From assembly GCA_031284365.1 (NCBI GenBank), contig JAISZX010000061.1:1-62585 (forward strand): a stretch of 62,585 bases of DNA. The letters are read 5' to 3'. The notes beneath the pieces are model-generated. The model was not told where the DNA came from, did not search any database, and saw only the letters and a program-made list of their open reading frames with translations. This DNA is from Holosporaceae bacterium (GTDB lineage Bacteria > Pseudomonadota > Alphaproteobacteria > UBA3830). This document shows positions 55,720 through 62,585 of this stretch, piece by piece. The stretch's first letter is position 1, and every line of letters begins with the position of its first letter. Made by a program: the position numbers and the translations under genes.

Positions 55720-57014
55720 TGGGAAAAAAGTATGTGCCTCTTTTGGTTTTAAGTACAATATTAGCAGGATGTTCGTCGAAGGAGCATCTGGAAGGCACCA
55801 GAGAGGAGTTGATCGTTTCAGGATACGACGAGGATATGGTGAAAAGTACAGATCCTACTCCTGTTATCGTTGACTCTGTAGAGGAAATTAATCCTGAATT
55901 TACGCAGCCGCACCTTAACGCTGAACACTATTATTTTCCTTTGAAATTTTCGTTGTCTCCGAAAGAGATTTGGTCTAGTGCACTTGATTTTGAAGCGTCT
56001 GAATCAATAAAAATGACCGCTGCTCCAATTGTTGCAGATGGTAAAGTTTTTTGTATAGACGCCGCCGGAATCGTCTACGCCATCAACCAAAAAACAGGAG
56101 CGAGGTTGTGGAGAGTAAGTACGACTCTAATAGGAAAGGACGGACAAATTGGCGGAGCTACCGCCTACGATAACGGACGTCTCATAGTCACATCAAGCTT
56201 TGCCGAAGGATTCAGCCTAGATGCAAAAACAGGAAAAATTCTTTGGCGAATTAAATTGCCGGCCGCCTGCAAGGGTGATGGCATAACAATTAGCGATGGA
56301 AAAGCATTCATAATGTGCAGCAACAGCAGCCTGCATTGCATTGATATTAACACCGGCAAGACGTTGTGGTCCCACTCGGGGATGCTCGCAGATTCTACTT
56401 TTATGGGTAGTTCCAGCGTAGCTGTCAGTGATGGAGTTGTGTATTTTGCCTACCCCTCGGGAGAGGTTTTTGCTCTTCTGGAAGAAACGGGAGCTGTAAT
56501 TTGGGATGCTATGTTGTCAAAATTCTCTCTCACTAACGCAGCGCGAGCATTTTCTCATCCGAGAGCATGTCCTGTCGTGAAAGACGGAGTAGTATATTTG
56601 GTGTCTGCAAATGAGCAAACGTCTGCGTTTAATACCAGAAATGGAAAATTACTATGGAAAAGTGATTTCGGTAGCGTCCAAACTCCAATTGTTAGCGGCA
56701 ACAGTATTTTCGTGTTTAACTCGAAGTCTGAGCTGGTATGCCTAAACAAAAATACAGGGCGCAGGCACTGGGTAAAGAAGCTTACGAAAGATGAAAGTAA
56801 AGCATCAGAATGGTTAGGAATGATTTTGCTAAAGGATCATGTTTTGGCTGTCTCTCCAAACGGAGATATACAATTTGTTTCTGTGTACGATGGAAAAATC
56901 AAGAAAGCAATGTCGATTGGTGGCGACAGCTTTAGCGTTTCTGTAAATCCTGTTATTGCAAACGGCGTTATGTATGTTCCGATGAATAGCGGAAAAGTTG
57001 TAGCATACCGATGA
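55716..57014 (+). CDS. bamB: outer-membrane protein assembly factor BamB
   Basis: Lipobox LAGCSS and repeated PQQ-like propeller blades (G.V.A.....G...W). ATG at 55716 has GGGAG upstream. Confidence 0.85.
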   Translation: MMGKKYVPLLVLSTILAGCSSKEHLEGTREELIVSGYDEDMVKSTDPTPVIVDSVEEINPEFTQPHLNAEHYYFPLKFSLSPKEIWSSALDFEASESIKMTAAPIVADGKVFCIDAAGIVYAINQKTGARLWRVSTTLIGKDGQIGGATAYDNGRLIVTSSFAEGFSLDAKTGKILWRIKLPAACKGDGITISDGKAFIMCSNSSLHCIDINTGKTLWSHSGMLADSTFMGSSSVAVSDGVVYFAYPSGEVFALLEETGAVIWDAMLSKFSLTNAARAFSHPRACPVVKDGVVYLVSANEQTSAFNTRNGKLLWKSDFGSVQTPIVSGNSIFVFNSKSELVCLNKNTGRRHWVKKLTKDESKASEWLGMILLKDHVLAVSPNGDIQFVSVYDGKIKKAMSIGGDSFSVSVNPVIANGVMYVPMNSGKVVAYR

Positions 57015-58351
57015 AAATAGCAATAATCGGGCGGCCAAACGTTGGGAAATCTACGCTATTTAACCGTCTCTTGAAGCAGAAGTCTGCCATTGTTGGTGAT
57101 ATACCAGGCATTACGCGCGATCGTAAATTAGTGCAGGCTGAGCTGTACGGGTTGACATTTGGTCTATTTGACACTCCTGGTGTTGATCCTTTTTCTAAGG
57201 ATTCGCTGGCAGTCTCTATGAACGAGCAATCCCTGGCCGCAATAGAAGAATCAGATCTCGTATTTTTGGTAGTTGATGCCATGAATGGGATCACAGAGTA
57301 CGACAAAGCTATCGCGTCGTGGTTACGTAGCGTTTTCAAAAAGGTTGGCAATCGAACTGTTGTACTGATAAAGAACAAGTCCGAAGGAAAAATATCGCTG
57401 CAAAATCCTGAAATTTTGGGTTTTGGTGATGGAATCGCTATTTCAGCTGAGCACAATATTGGATTCGACGAAATTTTTGAAATTTTGTCTCAAATGCCAA
57501 ATTTATATGAAGAAATCAATAATGAGACAGACGATGTGCTTCCAATGAAAATTGCCATAGTAGGTCGTCCGAATGTCGGAAAATCAACTTTGATAAACGC
57601 AATAATTGGAGAAGATCGCCTACTTACCGGCGATCAGGCTGGCACAACACGTGATTCGATCTCTTTAAATTGGAAATTCAAAAATCAGTGTTTTTTATTG
57701 GTAGATACAGCTGGTCAACGCAGAAAATCAAAGGTCCAAGAAAAAGTTGAAACAATTTCTGTGATTGATGCTTGGAAACATATTCGCCAGGCGAATGTTG
57801 TTGTTGTCCTGATGGATATACAAAATCCATTCGAAAAACAAGACATTAGCATCGCTCAAAAAGCATTTGACGAAGGAAAAATTGTAATATTTGCGCTTAA
57901 TAAAAGCGATACTGTCGAAAATCCTGATAAAATTCTAAAAGAAGTAGAATGGCGAGCAGAAAAAGAATTCGCGCAACTGCCAGGAGTAATGTGCTTGTTG
58001 GTCTCAGCAAAAGAAAAGAAGGGATTAATCCGCATTTTTAATACAGCTCTAAAATTGTACGAAAATTGGTCGCGAAGAATTTCAACTGGATCATTAAATA
58101 AGTGGCTACAAACTGCAATTAATCAAAAGCAACCGCCGTTGGTAAACGGAATGCCGATAAAGCTAAAGTACATTTCGCAAACAAACTGCAAGCCGCCAAC
58201 CTTCGCACTTTTCGCAAACCGGTCAGAGCATCTTCCGGTAAGTTACGAAAGATATTTGCTGAATCATCTGAGGAAGACTTTCAACTTCAACGGTGTACCG
58301 CTTAGAATCTTCATCAGACAACAGGAAAATCCGTTTAAAGGCAAAAAGTAA
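57011..58351 (+). CDS. der: ribosome-associated GTPase Der/EngA
   Basis: Two G domains (IIGRPNVGKSTLFN; IVGRPNVGKSTLIN; DTPG/DTAG; NKSE/NKSD) plus a KH-like C-terminus. It overlaps the bamB stop by 4 nt. Confidence 0.97.
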   Translation: MKIAIIGRPNVGKSTLFNRLLKQKSAIVGDIPGITRDRKLVQAELYGLTFGLFDTPGVDPFSKDSLAVSMNEQSLAAIEESDLVFLVVDAMNGITEYDKAIASWLRSVFKKVGNRTVVLIKNKSEGKISLQNPEILGFGDGIAISAEHNIGFDEIFEILSQMPNLYEEINNETDDVLPMKIAIVGRPNVGKSTLINAIIGEDRLLTGDQAGTTRDSISLNWKFKNQCFLLVDTAGQRRKSKVQEKVETISVIDAWKHIRQANVVVVLMDIQNPFEKQDISIAQKAFDEGKIVIFALNKSDTVENPDKILKEVEWRAEKEFAQLPGVMCLLVSAKEKKGLIRIFNTALKLYENWSRRISTGSLNKWLQTAINQKQPPLVNGMPIKLKYISQTNCKPPTFALFANRSEHLPVSYERYLLNHLRKTFNFNGVPLRIFIRQQENPFKGKK

Positions 58352-58358
58352 CCGAAAG

Positions 58359-58778
58359 CTACGCGTCGCCTCTTTCGGATGCATCTTCGTCATCGACGTT
58401 GGCATCGTCACAGGCTGCCTCTTCAAACTCTTCTTCACCGTCAACTATGCGTATGTTGCCGGACTCAATGGCTGCCATTTCCATTTCAACACAAGGATTG
58501 TAGGTATCTTCCTCTGGAAGATCTTCGATATCCTCGTCCAAATCCTCTTCCGGAGTGAACGACCTGAAACTTTTTATTGCGCTTTCTTTGAGATAGTCAA
58601 CAGAAACAGTCATCGCAGCGATTTCCCTCAGAGCAATAACATGTTTTTTTTCATCATCACTCTCAAGAGTTATCTTATTTCCGCTCAAAATTTGACGTGT
58701 GCGCTGCGCCGCCAAAACAACCAAATCGAACCTATTCGCCACAACCTTTTCGCAATCTTCAACAGTTACACGAGCCAT
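58359..58778 (-). CDS. rpoZ: RNA polymerase omega subunit with an acidic C-terminal extension
   Basis: MARVTVEDCEKVVANRFDLVVLAAQRTRQI. AGGGAG lies upstream of the ATG at 58778. Confidence 0.9.
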   Translation of the reverse strand: MARVTVEDCEKVVANRFDLVVLAAQRTRQILSGNKITLESDDEKKHVIALREIAAMTVSVDYLKESAIKSFRSFTPEEDLDEDIEDLPEEDTYNPCVEMEMAAIESGNIRIVDGEEEFEEAACDDANVDDEDASERGDA

Positions 58779-59040
58779 AGGAAACTCCCTCAAACTAACT
58801 CCAGAGAAGCTGATTGTAACATACATCAATATTTATTACAACCTATATGTTTTGTAGCGTCACGGCCGTTTCATAAATTTTGGTGATGCAGAAATACCAG
58901 CTTTTTATAAATCGCTACGAATATAAAATTCTTCCACATCATTATTTTTTGCTTTTATTTGAATTTATATGCTTACTTTTAATTATTTTGAAACAAATAC
59001 ATCGTACACTATATCTACTTTATTTTGATGAGGGTAAACA

Positions 59041-60537
59041 ATGAAAAAATATATCTTATTACTTAATTTTTGTACTTGTTTAGGATTAAGTATTACAGCT
59101 CCAGATTCATTTGGAGTTTCAGAAAAAAAAAGAACAGAAAGACTTGCTGTTCAGATTATAGGAGCTCCCGGATCTGGAAAATCAATGGCACTAAATGATA
59201 TACTTGGTTATCTTCCATCTCATTTGAGACATGTTGTGTCTTCGCAATCCGGCAACAGTCATACAATAAACAAAAGTAACGTGAATAAAATGGATATTGA
59301 CGTTTTTAGAGAACAAACGGAAAAATTGCCTGGACGAGAACAATTTTTCCTGTTTGTTCAAGCCATAAAAACATTTTCTAGGATTAAAACAAAATTTGGC
59401 GGTTGGTTAGATTGGTGTACAGAAGGCTTGATGTCTGAAGTTAAGGAGGAGGGGCAACTTCATAAAAAAATTAAAGAAAGTTTTGGGATATTATTACAAA
59501 TTAAAGAAGATAATGAAGAAGGCGAATCATTCTTGGAATATAAAAAAGAAGGTGAAGCTATGTGGAATAAAGTAACGATAGATAAGTTTGGAGATTTCAT
59601 TACTGCCTTGAAAGATGGTTTAGGAATTAAGAAACCAAATGCTGATTTAGACGCAGAACTAAAAGGCATCTTTGATAATATGAAAGGGATCTGTAATGTC
59701 AGAAATGTGTTCGCTCGCCTTGAATTTTTAAAATTATTTTACGAATCTGTTGCTGCCGGTAAAAATGTGGTTTTTGACAACATTGGGAATAATTTTGATG
59801 ACATTATCAGTGCGCTTACTCAAGCCAGGAAAATGGGATTTTTAACATTGCTTTATGCAATTGTACATAAAGATTGCTCTGTTAATATGTTTTTGAATTC
59901 ATTTAGAGTTATCATTAATAATGCCCAATACGCTCCTCCTGATATGATTCTCAGTTCTTTTACAAAAATAAAAAAATTAACTGAAACCAACGGAGAAAGC
60001 AGCTATGTTGGTAGAGCTGAGAGTATTTGTACGATAGAAACCAATTTTTTGAAAGAAGAAGTTCAAAAACAACTTTGCCAAATGGATACAAGAGACAATT
60101 TTTCTAGGAAAGCCGAAGGTAAGGCTTTTGACTTACTGATTGTTGACAGTAGAAAATCCCTCAGTGACGTATTAGAATTTTTAAACAAAGTAGGCGATGA
60201 ACAAAGAAAACAAATATTCGCCCTGACTAGAGCAAGTGTTGCTTTAGCCTATTTGAAGAATGAGAAACAACAAAATCCTCCAAATTCTTCAAAAGAGGAG
60301 TTTACTGAGTTAAAAAAATGCATAGAATCTATAGAATCTATAGGACAAGGATTGGGAGATTGGTCTTCCTGGAACGAAGATAAAGAAATAATAGGGGGAC
60401 TTTTAGTCAAATCACATTACATCAAAGATGTGTGGGGAGAAGTGATACAAAATGATGATGGAGAAATTGGTAAAGCTTATGCTAGCATCAAAAAATTGAA
60501 TGGCGAAATTTTACAGGAAAAGACGCTCCCTCAATAG
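59041..60537 (+). CDS. hypothetical secreted P-loop protein (zeta-toxin/kinase-like fold suspected)
   Basis: Signal peptide MKKYILLLNFCTCLGLSITA; Walker A IIGAPGSGKS; later NVVFDNIGNNFDDIISALTQARKMGFLTLLYAIV (Walker-B-like strand plus a helix-strand as in zeta/AAA kinases). Confidence 0.4.
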   Translation: MKKYILLLNFCTCLGLSITAPDSFGVSEKKRTERLAVQIIGAPGSGKSMALNDILGYLPSHLRHVVSSQSGNSHTINKSNVNKMDIDVFREQTEKLPGREQFFLFVQAIKTFSRIKTKFGGWLDWCTEGLMSEVKEEGQLHKKIKESFGILLQIKEDNEEGESFLEYKKEGEAMWNKVTIDKFGDFITALKDGLGIKKPNADLDAELKGIFDNMKGICNVRNVFARLEFLKLFYESVAAGKNVVFDNIGNNFDDIISALTQARKMGFLTLLYAIVHKDCSVNMFLNSFRVIINNAQYAPPDMILSSFTKIKKLTETNGESSYVGRAESICTIETNFLKEEVQKQLCQMDTRDNFSRKAEGKAFDLLIVDSRKSLSDVLEFLNKVGDEQRKQIFALTRASVALAYLKNEKQQNPPNSSKEEFTELKKCIESIESIGQGLGDWSSWNEDKEIIGGLLVKSHYIKDVWGEVIQNDDGEIGKAYASIKKLNGEILQEKTLPQ

Positions 60538-61051
60538 TGAAGTGCACCAAAATGGTTACTACTCACAATGAAGGACAGTTCTCCATGGCCGTTTCATGAG
60601 ATATTGAGAGTATTTACGCTGAAAAAAACATCTCATGTAGAAATTGTTTTTAGTGTCTAAAATGCTATACCAATTCTACATGAGAAATAGGATTTTAGCA
60701 CTTCAGTAATTCTGATTTTTCAAGCTGTTTTGTCCTGATTCTCATTCTAAACGAGTATAATATCACATATGAGAGATTTGTCTTCCTGTGGAAAAAAGCC
60801 TAAGATAATCACAAAGCTTAACAGAAATACATTTAATGTGTAATAGATTTAATTTTGTGTTAATATTACAATGATTATCTAAAATAAATTTTACGATGCG
60901 TGTTAAAAGGAAAAAATTGAATGGAATGCGCCTGCATTTCAGGAATAGAAAAAAATACTCCCAAAAAAATTTAAGCGTTTTATTTTTTTTCACCCATTAT
61001 GTGATAATGATATGTTGGGGTTGTGTTTTGGCATAACGGAGTCATTATTTT

Positions 61052-62152
61052 ATGAAGATTTTTGCGATTTTTGTTGTTGTATCGTGCTTTATTTACTGCT
61101 TATTCCAAGGTTTTAATACGAAACGCAATCAAGATTCTTCTTCGTCCCCAATTTCGTCCCCAATAAATCAGCAATCACCTAAAAGTCTTGTTGAAACTCA
61201 AGAGATTGAAGAACCAGCAGTTCCAATAGAAGAGTGGGTAAAACCTCTGAAAATAAGACAGTTCTCGTCGTTAAACGGAAAAGAGCTCGAATATTATCAC
61301 AAAAACACTTGGGATGAAAATAAAACTTTGGAGCAAAACAGAAAAGAGCTTGTTAATCTTTTCATGAAAACATGCATTGAACCGATAGAAGATTTTTTGC
61401 AGGTTGATAAAGGTATCGTGCTAAAGCTTGGAGGCCAAGCGGGAGCTATTCTACTGCAATCAGCTCAGGTGGACGAGGTTAGACCTCATGAATTGGTTCG
61501 CATTTTCTACCTACTAACTGATTCGCCAACTTTTTGCAAATTGTTGAGATCTCTGATAACAAAGTACAAAACTATGTTCTACAGACCCCAGAAAGCAGTG
61601 TTTTTGTTTACAAAAGGTGATGCTAGCCACGCCTCCTATAGTTCCGTACACTATGTTATTAATCTGAGAACGATGGATTATTATATTCTATCTGCATTGG
61701 ATTGCACAAAGCACAAATTGTTGTTCGGAGGAACTATGTTTCATGAGATGTTGCATTGGTATCACAAAGTGTCAAATTGGTCTGAGTATGAGCATCGAGG
61801 AAAATCAATGAATTGCATTCGTAGGCGTCTCCAAGAATATCAGACATATGATTTTTTTTGCCAGTATCGCGATCAAATTGCAATGTATTTTTCAAATGAC
61901 GAAGAATATTACACTATGTACGGGTTAAAGGAAGAATACGGAGAAATGATGCTGGATACGCTATGTGAAGCAACTTATACCTATGAGCAATATGGTTATA
62001 TACGTGGAAGTCACGTTGCTTTCCGAAGGCATTACCCAGACGAAAAGAGATTTATTCTCAATACTAGAGACTCTAAGCTGTTAAAATTTTTCCAAGAAAA
62101 TCATCTGCCAGAATTTGGAGATGGAGAGTTTAAATGCCTGGACTTAAAGTAA
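61052..62152 (+). CDS. hypothetical secreted/anchored protein with an HExxHxxH zinc-protease-like motif
   Basis: N-terminal hydrophobic segment MKIFAIFVVVSCFIYCLF, a Ser/Pro linker and a single FHEMLHWYH motif. Confidence 0.4.
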   Translation: MKIFAIFVVVSCFIYCLFQGFNTKRNQDSSSSPISSPINQQSPKSLVETQEIEEPAVPIEEWVKPLKIRQFSSLNGKELEYYHKNTWDENKTLEQNRKELVNLFMKTCIEPIEDFLQVDKGIVLKLGGQAGAILLQSAQVDEVRPHELVRIFYLLTDSPTFCKLLRSLITKYKTMFYRPQKAVFLFTKGDASHASYSSVHYVINLRTMDYYILSALDCTKHKLLFGGTMFHEMLHWYHKVSNWSEYEHRGKSMNCIRRRLQEYQTYDFFCQYRDQIAMYFSNDEEYYTMYGLKEEYGEMMLDTLCEATYTYEQYGYIRGSHVAFRRHYPDEKRFILNTRDSKLLKFFQENHLPEFGDGEFKCLDLK

Positions 62153-62361
62153 TGTCTATTCCAGGAATTAAAATGACGATTTTTTTAACATATTTTTAAC
62201 TAACTCACATAAAGAGACATTTTTACAAAAAAAACAACACAACAATACAAAAAAATATCTTGACATTCTCCCAAAAAATATAATATATTATGTGTATAAT
62301 AATATATGGAGGATTTTGTTAATATGAAAACCAATAATTTTTTAATGGCTTTGCCTTTGAT

Positions 62362-62585
62362 TGTATGGTGCTCCCAATTTTTTAGACCAGATTTTGTCGA
62401 TTTAGAGTTTCACTGAGGTTTATCTGAGCATAGATAAAACTTTCAACTCTACAACTGCCAGTATATACATCATTTGGAGTTTTGTAATCCAAATTTTGAT
62501 GTAATCTTTTGTAATTATAAAAATTAATAAATTTCTCGATTTCCTCCTTTGCCTCCCTAACTGTTTGAAAATCCATCAAAAAAAC
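62362..62585 (-). mobile_element. IS3-family insertion sequence, one end only; continues off-window
   Basis: The terminus begins TG (tggtgctcccaatttttt...). The transposase C-terminus FQTVREAKEEIEKFINFYNYKRLHQNLDYKTPNDVY is the end of the rve integrase core domain. A second copy of the terminal 78 bp lies at 54887. Confidence 0.75.
62382..62585 (-). CDS. IS3-family transposase (OrfB C-terminal part), 5' end off-window
   Basis: The frame is open to the window edge. It carries the rve-domain C-terminal motif FYNxxRxHxxLxYxTP. Confidence 0.75.
   Translation of the reverse strand, partial: VFLMDFQTVREAKEEIEKFINFYNYKRLHQNLDYKTPNDVYTGSCRVESFIYAQINLSETLNRQNLV

Noticed and set aside
58359-58560. 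Acidic C-terminal extension of RpoZ as a novel domain
   Set aside because: To my knowledge, alphaproteobacterial omega subunits commonly carry acidic tails. This is low-complexity sequence and is not distinctive.

Overview
This is an AT-rich, gene-dense chromosomal segment with about 50 supportable CDS, 4 tRNAs, no rRNA and no CRISPR. It reads like a reduced alphaproteobacterial genome of the Rickettsiales/Holosporales intracellular type. That assignment is inference from gene content. All domain calls were made by eye from the translated ORFs, and no database search was run.

Housekeeping genes sit in conserved proteobacterial arrangements:
- leuS-lptE-holA
- yfgM-like-bamB-der
- rpsO-pnp
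- kpsF next to ELM1-like-waaA
- dnaK, trpS, hup, spoT/relA, dapB-nth, smpB, mrcA, mlaE, dus, rpoZ

Accessory and surface genes are interspersed among them:
- a MORN-repeat protein
- an orphan 2026-aa VirB6/TrbL-like membrane protein with a long acidic tandem-repeat tail
- a Pmp-repeat autotransporter
- two stranded GTA/phage tail genes (g13-g14-like) plus a separate DUF2793 gene
- a TPR / class III cyclase protein
- two beta-barrel OMP genes, one of them frameshifted
- a small island of signal-peptide proteins (one P-loop, one HExxH) beside an IS3-family element

The most unusual locus is 30.1-37.3 kb on the minus strand. It is a tightly coupled GspE/PilB - GspF/PilC - L-like - M-like cassette with no pilin, secretin or peptidase in the window. 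It is followed by an E2 (SucB-type) acyltransferase homologue. That homologue has a Ser in place of the lipoyl-accepting lysine, no recognisable E1/E3-binding domain, and about 590 aa of helical repeats between its two domains.

Immediately downstream (29.3-29.8 kb) is a gene-free region with two perfect TTAACAA-N-TTGTTAA palindromes (CtrA-box format), a perfect DnaA box and an AT-rich tract. This is a candidate origin or cell-cycle control region.

Three frameshifts in two genes occur at short homopolymers (acpS, and two in one OMP gene). They are either real gene decay or assembly errors, and I cannot tell which from this sequence alone.
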